Positions 49,690-59,057 are shown, counted from the stretch's first letter. The stretch: 64,000 bases of DNA from an uncultured archaeon (GCA_964430885.1 CAYSHM010000010.1:36601-100600); one strand, 5' to 3'. Notes: a model not told the origin generated them from the sequence alone. Numbers and translations are program-made.

Positions 49690-51189
49690 TTATTCAGACT
49701 TCTCCATTTCGTCGAATTTCTTGTTCAATCTCCGGTTGAGCAATATGGATATTATCAAGAAAAGGCTCCATTCCAGAATAATCAAGAGCACAGCAATGGA
49801 TCCTTTATGCCACCATTCATGACTGCTCTCTGACCAAGTTTGATATATATAGAAACCAAATAAGGACAAAAGCTGAATGGGGAACACATACTTAACCACT
49901 ATCTCCCACCATTTCCCGATCTTAATATCGTTCCATTTGCTGCTGATGAAGTCCTTCCTGAACCGGGATATTCCATATTTCCATACGGAGAATGCCACAA
50001 AAGCCCCGCTAACCACGAGACCGATGCCCCAAACAAGGTCCTGATTGTCCAAAAAAGCGGTAACCGAGGCCCCGTTGATCCTCAGGATGATAACAGCTGA
50101 CGGTATACCTAGAATAAATGTTACAAGGGAGACGACTCCTATGGATTTCTTTCGACTCCATCCGAAATCCATAAGATTACGTGTGGATATTTCCAACCCT
50201 GAAATCAGCGAGGTCAAGGCTGCAAAGGACATGGCCAGAAAGAACAAGGGAGCAATAAGCCATCCGAGTGGCATGCTGGTAAAGAGTTTGGTCAGATATA
50301 TAAATGTGAGAGCAGTGCCCCCAGCATCTATGTACTGTGTAGCCTGTTCGTAAGTACCAGCTGAAGCAAACACCGTACATATTACAGCTATTCCTGCCAC
50401 AAGAGCTACCGATGTATCCCCAAAACCTGTTAGGAAGCTGTTCAGGGCAATATCCTCTTTTTTCTTCATATAGACCGCATATGTTATTCCCATACCCATG
50501 CCTGCTGAACATGACCAGGCACTTTGGGCCAAAGCTCTGATCCAGGTTTCACCTCTAGTCAGTGCACTCCAATCTGCCCAGAACATATATCTTAAACCCC
50601 TGATAGAGCCCTTGAATGTCAAGGACCATATCATTGCCCCAACTAGAAGTACTATCAATGTGGGTATCATTATCTTGCTGGCCTTTTCTATACCCTTGGC
50701 AACGCCGAATCTTACAATAATGAAACCCATCAAAAGGGAAATAACCTGAAAGAACACCACCAGATACCATGTTGAGATAAAATTATCCCATAATGCAAAG
50801 GTATCCACTTCACTGGTGATACCGCCTACTGCCGATATGGAAAAATATCTTATAGTCCAGCCCATCACCACTCCGTAATAGAAATTTATGGCTGCGGACA
50901 CCAGCATCATCCATATCCCCATCCATAGATATTTGGGGCCTAGTATCTTCCTGAAAGCACCGATGGTACCCTTTCTCGTTTTCTTACCTATGGCAAATTC
51001 TGCCAGAAGCAGAGGTATGGACCAGGTGAAAAGGAACAAAATATAAACAATAATGAAAGCTGACCCGCCGTTGGAGGCAACCTCTTTGGGAAAACGCCAT
51101 ATATTGCCTGTGCCGACCGCAGCACCCAGGGCTGCAAGCACCAGACCCCACCTTGAAGTGAATTCTTCCTTACCCTTTGCTGCGGTCAT
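49690..51189 (-). CDS. Sodium-dependent transporter, NSS/SNF family (amino acid:Na+ symporter)
   Basis: FTSRWGLVLAALGAAVGTGNIWRFP...NGGSAF; PLLLAEFAIG; FAALTSLISGLE; about 12 TMs. Confidence 0.93.
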   Translation of the reverse strand: MTAAKGKEEFTSRWGLVLAALGAAVGTGNIWRFPKEVASNGGSAFIIVYILFLFTWSIPLLLAEFAIGKKTRKGTIGAFRKILGPKYLWMGIWMMLVSAAINFYYGVVMGWTIRYFSISAVGGITSEVDTFALWDNFISTWYLVVFFQVISLLMGFIIVRFGVAKGIEKASKIMIPTLIVLLVGAMIWSLTFKGSIRGLRYMFWADWSALTRGETWIRALAQSAWSCSAGMGMGITYAVYMKKKEDIALNSFLTGFGDTSVALVAGIAVICTVFASAGTYEQATQYIDAGGTALTFIYLTKLFTSMPLGWLIAPLFFLAMSFAALTSLISGLEISTRNLMDFGWSRKKSIGVVSLVTFILGIPSAVIILRINGASVTAFLDNQDLVWGIGLVVSGAFVAFSVWKYGISRFRKDFISSKWNDIKIGKWWEIVVKYVFPIQLLSLFGFYIYQTWSESSHEWWHKGSIAVLLIILEWSLFLIISILLNRRLNKKFDEMEKSE

Positions 51190-51252
51190 ATATTTTACTC
51201 CTGGATCAATGATTTTAATGTGATTTGAAATGAATTTTCATATCTATAGGTC

Positions 51253-53133
51253 CTATTCGGATGATGACTTGAGTTTCTCGGCTTTCATGGCTTTATTGAG
51301 AAGCCCTACGAATCCACCCCATACAAGGATCAGGATCAAGCCCATCATGATAAACATCATTACATTTTCCATGGAAGTAAGACCAATTTCGGGACTTACA
51401 TGGGTGATATAGGGATCATAACTGCCGTAATCCGGAGCTGATAGGGTGATACCGCTGATATCCTTGGCTGTAATATAGTAATATATATCAGTTTGGGGTT
51501 CAAGAAATTCAATGCTGTAATAATAGTTGCCTGATGAATTGTCCAAGAGCATTGGGGCTGTACGGTAGGCCTCACCGTCACTGCTGTAATGGAAAGTCAA
51601 GGTCTCTGGAATCATTTTTTCGATATCCTCTACTTCAGCCGTTATTCTGAATCCCTCATTGGCCCTTATTACCGCTGGTCTTTCCACCACATTAATATCT
51701 GCGATGGAATTCTCAATAGGCTGGTAGTAATTTCTGGCCACCTCGATCTTTTCGGCCTGGTCACTAAGATAAAGGTTAGCCTTCAAGGCCTTTTTGCAGA
51801 TAGGTGCAATATGCTTTGTAGCAGGATGAAATCCACCGTCTTGGCCCTCGAGTTCTATGGTAAAGGCGATCACATTCCCGCAGGCATACAGCCAATCTTC
51901 ACTGTCTCCGGAAGTGGGGTATAGATAAGAAGCCTGTTCCGCTTCGTAGTCCATGATATCTCCCATCTTTCCCCCAACCTCTTGGAATAACAATGAGTGG
52001 GGGGCTTCATTCCTGGTCCATCCCCAGGGCCATAATATCAGACTTGCCACACTGTGATAGGAAATGGAGGCTGCAAATGGTATGTTGCCCGTATCCCCTT
52101 GATCATCATAGGTTTTTACCAACCGTCCCAATGCCTGTGTTTCCGGTTCGGTGAAACCTCCGTCCCGGTCCTCGTCCACCTTTCCATCCCCGTCGTTGTC
52201 CTCGGAGTCTACTGGATCCTCATTGATCCTTGGTATGATCCCTCCAGGTCCGAAATCACCGTCCTGATTATGGGTATCGCTGGGACCTCTGTACATATCC
52301 GACCTGGGATTTGCTGAATCCTGGGTCATTACTACTCCGTCCATTCTGACAAGGGTTTCCCTGTTGTACCACCACAGATACGGATAATTACGGTTGAGAT
52401 CCACTCCGTCCCAGCTGGGGTCGAACTGATTATTCTGATTATTATCCCGAACATTCTTTCTCCAGCCACCTCCGCTGCCGGGTTCGGATATTGTATGATC
52501 GTACATGACCCCGTCTGGATTCAGCATTGGGATTATCCAGATCTCCCTATTATCCAAAAGATAGCTGATACGTCCCTCCGATGGATCCTCATCCGTCAGA
52601 CCGTCTCCGTCCTCATCAAGACCATTCATTAGATCTTCGTTGATCAGCCCGTCCCCATCGTTGTCCATATTCTCAAGGCCATAGTTCATAGCTAAATAAT
52701 AAATCGTATAGATGCAGACCTCGTAGCTCATCCATTCCCTGGCATGGTGCGCACCGAATAGCAGCACATTTTCTTTATCGGGATCATCAAAATAATCCTG
52801 TTCGTTCCTTACCCCTGAACTAACCTTCACTCCTAGAACAGATCGTCCCTCATAAGTATGCCGCAGGTCGCTTTTCTCCGTAAGATCATATATCTTAACC
52901 AGGTCAGGATACATATTCTGCAGTTTATTCAGCTCCATGACCATGGTATCATAGGTATGATATTCCTGAAAGTAGCCGTCGATCCCGCTGAAGAGAACAT
53001 TATCTTCGGATGGATCAACCTCTTGGGCTGCAATATCCGAATAAGATCCCGGTACCTTCAAGGTCATCATTGGTAATAATGGATTACAAAGGAGTGTAAT
53101 AACAGCAACATATATCATTCTGCTAAAGCCCAT
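51253..53133 (-). CDS. Secreted M14 zinc carboxypeptidase (CPT-like) with C-terminal MetS-like membrane segment
   Basis: YHTYD.M; GAHHAREW (HxxE); PMLNPDG; WRKN; GVDLNRNY; FTEPETQA; ISYHS; LYPTSG..DW; FTIELE; Ig-like domain; C-terminal TM ...LILILVWGGFVGLLNKAMKAE. Start trimmed to ATG 53133. Confidence 0.88.
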   Translation of the reverse strand: MGFSRMIYVAVITLLCNPLLPMMTLKVPGSYSDIAAQEVDPSEDNVLFSGIDGYFQEYHTYDTMVMELNKLQNMYPDLVKIYDLTEKSDLRHTYEGRSVLGVKVSSGVRNEQDYFDDPDKENVLLFGAHHAREWMSYEVCIYTIYYLAMNYGLENMDNDGDGLINEDLMNGLDEDGDGLTDEDPSEGRISYLLDNREIWIIPMLNPDGVMYDHTISEPGSGGGWRKNVRDNNQNNQFDPSWDGVDLNRNYPYLWWYNRETLVRMDGVVMTQDSANPRSDMYRGPSDTHNQDGDFGPGGIIPRINEDPVDSEDNDGDGKVDEDRDGGFTEPETQALGRLVKTYDDQGDTGNIPFAASISYHSVASLILWPWGWTRNEAPHSLLFQEVGGKMGDIMDYEAEQASYLYPTSGDSEDWLYACGNVIAFTIELEGQDGGFHPATKHIAPICKKALKANLYLSDQAEKIEVARNYYQPIENSIADINVVERPAVIRANEGFRITAEVEDIEKMIPETLTFHYSSDGEAYRTAPMLLDNSSGNYYYSIEFLEPQTDIYYYITAKDISGITLSAPDYGSYDPYITHVSPEIGLTSMENVMMFIMMGLILILVWGGFVGLLNKAMKAEKLKSSSE

Positions 53134-53313
53134 ACGAATTTCAACAATGGTATAGCCAATAATAAATATTTTGGCCAAATATCCATTTTGGACATCAATT
53201 ACAAAGCATCCAAATGCCTGAAAACAATAAAAACAAAACATCTAGAAACCTTTATATAATTCTGGAGGCATAAAATCAACTAGCACGTTTTTGCGTGCAG
53301 GAGGACTGAAGAT

Positions 53314-53916
53314 ATGAGAAAAAGATTTAACAAAAACGACGAAGCGGTATCGCCCGTTATAGCTATCATTCTCATGGTAGCCATTACAGTGGTACTCGCT
53401 GGTGTTTTGTACCTGTGGGTCACAGACTTGGCAGGTAATCAGGACGATGCCGTCAAACCCATGGCCTTTAAGGTCTACGACGGCGCGGACTACGGAAATG
53501 GAGTAGGTTGCTTCTTCTATCTCGTAGCCGAGACAGGTGTGGACATCGATCCCGCAAAATATGAGTATAAGGTAGCTCACGGAACAGATTCTCCCAGACT
53601 CCTTGACTTCAAGGACTGGAGATACTACACAGATGAGCATGTACCCGGCGGTGGAGACAGGAACATGTCCTACAGGTACGATGATGAAGTACCTCTCACC
53701 GATACTCACACAGGAAGCGACCCCGGAAATTATGAGGAGTCCAACATGAGAATGACCGATACCGAGAGAATCGGATTTGATATTCCGACACAGGCATTCG
53801 GTGTTCCCATCGTTGATGGTGATGACTACTGGGTATACATCCTTCTGGATGGCCAACAGCAGTGGAAGGGTAAGTTCAACTACAAGGCCCAGAGCACACC
53901 AACCTGGAACCTATAA
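53314..53916 (+). CDS. Archaeal type IV pilin-like protein (class III signal peptide)
   Basis: KNDEA/VSPVIAIILMVAITVVLAGVLYLWV; GGAGG RBS. Confidence 0.88.
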   Translation: MRKRFNKNDEAVSPVIAIILMVAITVVLAGVLYLWVTDLAGNQDDAVKPMAFKVYDGADYGNGVGCFFYLVAETGVDIDPAKYEYKVAHGTDSPRLLDFKDWRYYTDEHVPGGGDRNMSYRYDDEVPLTDTHTGSDPGNYEESNMRMTDTERIGFDIPTQAFGVPIVDGDDYWVYILLDGQQQWKGKFNYKAQSTPTWNL

Positions 53917-53950
53917 TTTAGTGGTTTAGGGTATTGAATATAATATCTTT

Positions 53951-53979
53951 GGAAGGCAGAAATGCCTTCCTTTTTTTTT
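53951..53979 (+). terminator. Hairpin plus poly-T terminator after the pilin gene
   Basis: GGAAGGCA-GAAA-TGCCTTCC followed by T9. Confidence 0.8.
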
Positions 53980-54121
53980 GTACTTTTTTCTCATCACGGC
54001 ACTGATCTCTATCAACTTTAGATCCATTTTCTTGTATTATTTATCCGGTTTCAAGCCAACTAATTTTTAAATACAAACAGACCACAATTTTTATTTATAC
54101 TGGCCACATTGACCAGCCTCA

Positions 54122-54310
54122 ATGTCTGAAGAAAAAGTGAAACTAGAGAGAGCATTGACCTGCACCTCCTGCGGTATAAGGCTGGAAGGAACAATATTCG
54201 CATCCTTCCCCTGCCCCAACTGCGGTGAGGTCTCAATGGGTAGATGCAAAGTATGCAAGAACCAGACCATTCCGTATGTCTGTCAAGAATGCGGTTTTCA
54301 GGGGCCATAA
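54122..54310 (+). CDS. Zinc finger protein, HVO_2753/DUF1610 family
   Basis: CTSCG...FPCPNCG...RC..CK....YVC.ECGFQGP; conserved position upstream of EF-1beta. Confidence 0.9.
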   Translation: MSEEKVKLERALTCTSCGIRLEGTIFASFPCPNCGEVSMGRCKVCKNQTIPYVCQECGFQGP

Positions 54311-54380
54311 GTACAGCCTTGATGAATTTGGATTACCTGGTTTTTACGGCTTTTAAGATACTGAAGATAGAGGTGAAATT

Positions 54381-54650
54381 ATGGGTGAAGTTGGTATAAT
54401 ATACAAATTAATGCCGGAAGATATAGATACAGACCTGGATAAGGTTGTAGAGACAATAAAGAACGGCCTTCCTGATATGGCCATAATAAATAACATCGAC
54501 ATCAAACCCGTTGCATTCGGATTGAAATGTATAATGCTGGGTCTGATTCTTGATGATAAAAAAGGCGGCGGAGAAGACGTAGAGAATTTCCTGAACAATT
54601 TGGAAGATATGGGCTCAGTGAATGTTGTTTCACAGACCTTGATAAGCTGA
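54381..54650 (+). CDS. ef1b: Translation elongation factor aEF-1 beta
   Basis: MGEV...YKLMPED...PVAFGLK; GAGGTGA RBS. Confidence 0.93.
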   Translation: MGEVGIIYKLMPEDIDTDLDKVVETIKNGLPDMAIINNIDIKPVAFGLKCIMLGLILDDKKGGGEDVENFLNNLEDMGSVNVVSQTLIS

Positions 54651-54778
54651 TCAAATCCGTTGAATATACCTGATCTTATCCAAATTCTTTTTTATATATG
54701 TTTTCAATCCCAAACATTTCCATGCTCTAAAGAAATTTCATTCATTGATATGTATAATTTTATAAGAATAATCGAACT

Positions 54779-55273
54779 TTAAAGTGAAATTATCAGGTAT
54801 AGGAAAATCCCGATAATTATCAGAGTAATGACCACTGTCAATAATACCATCCAGAATCCCATTCTACTATCAGATCCGAAAATTATTGGAATCGGGCCTA
54901 TGAAAATGACACCCCCTCCCGAAAAAATTGCTCGATCTTTTCTGTCTCTGTAAACCCCTTCTTCACTATTCCTAATTAGAGTAAAATCGCTATTTTTATT
55001 GATTGCTCGATCTTTTTTTTCGGTCTTAGTATGATAGGTATGATCCAATAGACCATTTCCGCTGAAATGTAACCGAACCAAAAATATGGAAATGAAACCA
55101 ATTATCAATAAAATGGTACCAATCACACCGATAAAACCCTTGACTGAAATCACGGGGATTATCAAAATGAAAAATAATTCGGTCTCACCGAAAATCCCTG
55201 AATAGACCAGCAGTAATAAACCCGTTATCAGCAGAAGAACAGGTATCCATTTAATTATCCTGCTGGAAATCAT
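54779..55273 (-). CDS. DUF131/TIGR00304 family membrane protein
   Basis: GGGVIFIGPIPIIFGSD motif flanked by TM helices. Confidence 0.8.
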   Translation of the reverse strand: MISSRIIKWIPVLLLITGLLLLVYSGIFGETELFFILIIPVISVKGFIGVIGTILLIIGFISIFLVRLHFSGNGLLDHTYHTKTEKKDRAINKNSDFTLIRNSEEGVYRDRKDRAIFSGGGVIFIGPIPIIFGSDSRMGFWMVLLTVVITLIIIGIFLYLIISL

Positions 55274-55383
55274 AGATATAATAAGTATTTCCAAGATATT
55301 AAACCATTCTAGAGATTGAACTGCAAATCATTAAAAAAAGAAAATCAAATCATTCGAAAGGTAAGAATGGAAAAAAATTGGAA

Positions 55384-55833
55384 TCAGGGATACAGCCATT
55401 TATTCCGGTTGGAATCCCATTCCACCAGCTCGGATTCAGAGAAAAATATACTGATCTCCTTCACTGCATTTTCTGGGCTGTCGCTTCCATGGATTATGTT
55501 TCGGCCGATATCTATACCAAAATCCCCTCTGATACTGCCAGGGGCACTATCCTGAGGATCTGTTTTACCCATGAGTTTTCTCCCGTACTCCACCGCATTC
55601 TTGCCTTCCCAAACCATGGGAACCACTGGTCCTGAGGTAATGAAATTCACAAGTTCCTCATAGAAAGGTTTTCCTTTATGGATACCGTAATGTTTCTCTG
55701 CCAATTCCATATCCATCTTGATGAACTTCATCGCCACAAGTTTCAATCCGGTTGATTCTATTCTATCAATAGCACGGCCAATAATATTTCTCTGAACCGC
55801 ATCTGGTTTCAGCATAAGGAATGTTCTTTCCAT
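55384..55833 (-). CDS. ndk: Nucleoside diphosphate kinase
   Basis: ERTFLMLKPDAVQR, PGSIRGDFG, RNIIHGSDS. Confidence 0.97.
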   Translation of the reverse strand: MERTFLMLKPDAVQRNIIGRAIDRIESTGLKLVAMKFIKMDMELAEKHYGIHKGKPFYEELVNFITSGPVVPMVWEGKNAVEYGRKLMGKTDPQDSAPGSIRGDFGIDIGRNIIHGSDSPENAVKEISIFFSESELVEWDSNRNKWLYP

Positions 55834-55861
55834 GAACCATCAACCCTTTAGCAATAATATA

Positions 55862-56056
55862 TCACTGTTTATTATGAAGTTTGCGGTACTGTTTTGTCCA
55901 GCGGGTCTCCCGGGGCAACCTTTTCAGATCTATCATGTTCTTCTTGCATTTGTTCTTGCAGAAATATTTGATAGAACCTGTCACCTTCACATACATCTTA
56001 CCGGTTCCTGGTTCAATTTTATTACCACAAAACGAACAACGTCTGCTCTTAACCAT
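55862..56056 (-). CDS. rpl24e: 50S ribosomal protein L24e
   Basis: [17 protein letters not shown]...FCKNKC...PR...WT. Confidence 0.95.
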   Translation of the reverse strand: MVKSRRCSFCGNKIEPGTGKMYVKVTGSIKYFCKNKCKKNMIDLKRLPRETRWTKQYRKLHNKQ

Positions 56057-56076
56057 TTTCAACACCCACCTATATT

Positions 56077-56283
56077 TTACCTGCTGTTCAATTTCTTGGC
56101 TTCACGGGAGGTGTCTCTCAGAATCAAAAGATCACCCTTCATAATGGGTCCCTTAGTATTCCGAGTGATGATCCTGCCCTTATCCTGCCCTTCCAGAACA
56201 CGCACCTTCACCTGCGTGGCCTCCCCTCTCATGCCTGTTCGTGCAATTACTTCTACAACTTCTGCCGGATAACCTTCTACCAT
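56077..56283 (-). CDS. rps28e: 30S ribosomal protein S28e
   Basis: [24 protein letters not shown]...GRIITRN..GP...GD.L.LR.T.REA. Confidence 0.96.
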   Translation of the reverse strand: MVEGYPAEVVEVIARTGMRGEATQVKVRVLEGQDKGRIITRNTKGPIMKGDLLILRDTSREAKKLNSR

Positions 56284-56316
56284 TCATATCACCTTAGTAA
56301 TCAATTAATCCTTCAT

Positions 56317-56685
56317 TTATTTCTTAATCAGGTGATTCAGATTATCGTTCAGTTTTTCCAGTGCTACGCGGGCCTTTCCAGCATCCAGGATCGCTGCTGA
56401 AGAGGTCGGGACATGTAGACCTACCACAGCTCCGAGTTCTTTCTTGTGGGGAACATAACCGAAAGGTATGTTCTTCTCCTTGCACAGGTAGGGAATATGC
56501 ATCAAAATCTCCGGTGGTGACACATCCTCTGCCAAAAGAACCAGCTTCGCGTGACCGCGCTCCACGGCCTTGGTCACTTCATTGGTGCCTTTACATATCT
56601 TTCCAGTCTTCTGGGCCATTCCCATAGCCTCGTATGCGCTCATCTTCAGCCCCTCGGGCATTTCAAATAAAACAAATTTCGCCAT
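56317..56685 (-). CDS. rpl7ae: 50S ribosomal protein L7Ae
   Basis: KGTNEVTKAVERG.AKLV.LAEDV.PPEI..HIP.LC.EK.IP; GGAGGT RBS. Confidence 0.96.
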   Translation of the reverse strand: MAKFVLFEMPEGLKMSAYEAMGMAQKTGKICKGTNEVTKAVERGHAKLVLLAEDVSPPEILMHIPYLCKEKNIPFGYVPHKKELGAVVGLHVPTSSAAILDAGKARVALEKLNDNLNHLIKK

Positions 56686-56708
56686 TTTAATTACCTCCTT
56701 TAGGATCT

Positions 56709-56731
56709 AATCCATCATTATTCATCGGTTT
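56709..56731 (-). promoter_or_regulatory. Putative K-turn/K-loop in the rpl7ae 5'UTR
   Basis: Minus strand reads AACCGAUGAAUAAUGAUGGAUU: tandem GA/GA pairs with a CCG/UGG stem, just upstream of the RBS. Confidence 0.45.
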
Positions 56732-56935
56732 AAATAGTGCGATTCAAATCAACACTCATAATATATCCCATGATCGATAATGTCTCAGGACATACTTTCT
56801 CACCCACAACATCAATACTTTATTAATAACTTCTCCTAAAATATTCTCCTTGTTGAAGTACTTATAAAAACAGTAGTGAAAAGGAAAGCGGTATTAGTCT
56901 TATAAAAGCCAATAGATTTTATGTTGATCGGATAA

Positions 56936-57535
56936 TTAAATCCCTTCATTTTTCTTCTGGGCTTGGACCTTTTTTCTATCTAAACTCTCTCTTTGAGAAT
57001 ACTGGCACCCGCAATAATCCTGCCGGTACATACCGCATTCCCTGGATATCTTCACACTCTTCCTGAAACCATTCTTTTTCTTAAAATTGTATTCCTGAAA
57101 AACCACCCTCTTTTCTACGCCCAACGATTCGGCCAATTGGAATATCATCCGGCTATTCTTGTGGGGAGAGATGGTGAGGGTGCTTGTGACATGAGAAAGG
57201 TTCATTTTCAAGGCCAGGTCCATGGTATTTGATATTCTGTATCCTATACATCTTCGGCACCTTTCACTGCCCTCCCCGAGATGTGCATATTCCTTCACAT
57301 GAAGTTCCCAGTCAATAGAGTCATAATCACCTATGATCAGATCCATATCAACACGGCGGCAGTATTCCTTTATCTCCTGAACCCGTTTCTCATATTCCTC
57401 TTGAGGATAAATGTTGGGATTATAGAAATATCCGGTAACCTCCCATCCATCCTCCCTCATCCTCTCGATAGAATAGGTGCCGCAGGGTGCACAGCAGATA
57501 TGCAGCAGTATTTTTTTCTGTGGATTTTCTTTCAT
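56936..57535 (-). CDS. queH: Epoxyqueuosine reductase QueH (DUF208)
   Basis: LLHICCAPC, YFYNPNIYP.EEY.KR, GEGSERC..C...R, STLTISPHK, MYRQDYCGC.YS. Confidence 0.88.
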   Translation of the reverse strand: MKENPQKKILLHICCAPCGTYSIERMREDGWEVTGYFYNPNIYPQEEYEKRVQEIKEYCRRVDMDLIIGDYDSIDWELHVKEYAHLGEGSERCRRCIGYRISNTMDLALKMNLSHVTSTLTISPHKNSRMIFQLAESLGVEKRVVFQEYNFKKKNGFRKSVKISRECGMYRQDYCGCQYSQRESLDRKKVQAQKKNEGI

Positions 57536-57605
57536 ATTAATGACCTAGATCAATAAGAATGGTAATAAAAATATTTTTAAGCATTGTCTAAAACAGCACT
57601 AGTCT

Positions 57606-57923
57606 TCAGCCGTACATCATGTCGCTGGTGGTGCTATCATTGGATTTTTTCCTGTGTCCCCTTCCCTTCTCCTTGATAGCCTGCCTCTGTGAAGGATTGA
57701 CCCCTATAAACTTGATATCGGTCCTTAGAAGCCGAACATATGTCTTATCAGGTAAAACCTCCAGGGTTATTATCCCTCTGGTTCTCAACCTCCTCAAAAT
57801 AAGGCTGATCTTCTTCATAGGGATACCTAGCATATCATGGAGTTCCTCTTCCGTTACCGGATATTTCTCCAGCAGATAATGAAGAACCCTGCCTTCCAAG
57901 GAAGAGCTCTGAACTGTTATCAT
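57606..57923 (-). CDS. Winged-HTH protein
   Basis: SLEGRVLHYLLEKYPVTEEELHDMLGIP...LRRLRTRGII.LE.LPDKTYVRL. Start taken at ATG 57923. Confidence 0.7.
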   Translation of the reverse strand: MITVQSSSLEGRVLHYLLEKYPVTEEELHDMLGIPMKKISLILRRLRTRGIITLEVLPDKTYVRLLRTDIKFIGVNPSQRQAIKEKGRGHRKKSNDSTTSDMMYG

Positions 57924-57943
57924 CTGAACAACACTTCGCAGTT

Positions 57944-58234
57944 CTATTTTTCGCCCTTGCATTTACTGCATATCTTGGCCATAGACCAAAAACATGATGA
58001 GCATACATATTCACCGCACAATTGGCATTCATTGGTAGCGTTCTCCCCGAAACATACTATGCAGCGGTATCCGCCTTCCTTCGCCGCTTCTACATTTACA
58101 AGGAAGGATTTCCGGTTATTCTCTTTAATGCTTAGAATGCTCTCTGCATCCAATCCATAACTTTCAGCTATATGCTCGGGTATCTTCAAGTACAGGACTC
58201 CTTCATATTCAACTATCTCTGTTTTGTAAGCCAT
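57944..58234 (-). CDS. Small AbrB/SpoVT-like domain plus 8-Cys zinc finger protein
   Basis: LYLKIPEHIAESYGL (AbrB-like); CIVC, CQLC, CSSC, CSKC; AGGTGA RBS. Confidence 0.6.
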   Translation of the reverse strand: MAYKTEIVEYEGVLYLKIPEHIAESYGLDAESILSIKENNRKSFLVNVEAAKEGGYRCIVCFGENATNECQLCGEYVCSSCFWSMAKICSKCKGEK

Positions 58235-58442
58235 TCGAATCACCTGTTAAGAATTGATATTTGATCTCTAAATGATAATCACTCATTCCTTTGGGGGATG
58301 TTATTTCACGTATATTATAAATAATTATTTATCACCAGTGAATTTATGACAATGTATTATCACCTGCAACTATCATAATAGAGAATCATTGGTTCAATAT
58401 TGAAATAAAGTTCCTTTATCAGAGATAGAACAATTGTTTTCA

Positions 58443-59057
58443 TTAAAGACCGGTGAGTATCCTGAAACCGATCACCCTGATCTCCTTGCGGTCCTTTTCA
58501 TGGAAAAAGAACCGATGAGGCAGATGAAATGAATATTCCTTTTCCCATTCTACATGAGCGCCTCTTTTTCCCACAAAGCGATGAATGAATTCTCGGGTTA
58601 CAGCCATATGAAAGGTATAGATAATCCTCGAAATTGACAGTGCCTTTTCCAGGAACGGACGGTCAGCTCTTCGGTTCTGTGAACCGAAAGGGGGATTCAT
58701 GAAACATGTATCATAGATAATATCCATCGATAGGCCCTTCACATCTGAATTTATCAGGGAGAATTCATAATCAGGAAGAAGATCCTGTATGTTTGAACGG
58801 AAGATTTCCAATGATGCGTTATCTATGTCAACCGACGTGACTGATCCCGCTCCAAGCAGCGCAGCCCCTAGAGAGAGAATTCCGGTTCCAGCTCCTAGAT
58901 CAATAATTGAACAGTCCAGTACATCACCCTTTAAAAAGGCATTGAACAGAACATCTGATGCGGCTGTTGCCGGTGTCTCATACTGCTCCAGTTTTGGTGA
59001 TGGAGCGTCCCATTTTCTGATTCCCTGAAGTATCATTTCCAGTTGTTTTCTTTTCAT
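58443..59057 (-). CDS. METTL5 family N6-adenine RNA methyltransferase
   Basis: LEQYETP..AA, IDLGAGTGILSLGAALLGA, MNPPFG, ADRPFL, LPHRFFFH. Confidence 0.9.
   Translation of the reverse strand: MKRKQLEMILQGIRKWDAPSPKLEQYETPATAASDVLFNAFLKGDVLDCSIIDLGAGTGILSLGAALLGAGSVTSVDIDNASLEIFRSNIQDLLPDYEFSLINSDVKGLSMDIIYDTCFMNPPFGSQNRRADRPFLEKALSISRIIYTFHMAVTREFIHRFVGKRGAHVEWEKEYSFHLPHRFFFHEKDRKEIRVIGFRILTGL

Noticed and set aside
53134-53241. N-terminal extensions given by the ORF track (also 15438-15641, 17522-17575, 18181-18369, 23244-23330)
   Set aside because: They run through AT-rich promoter sequence or the neighbouring gene; downstream ATGs fit family N-termini and RBS positions better.
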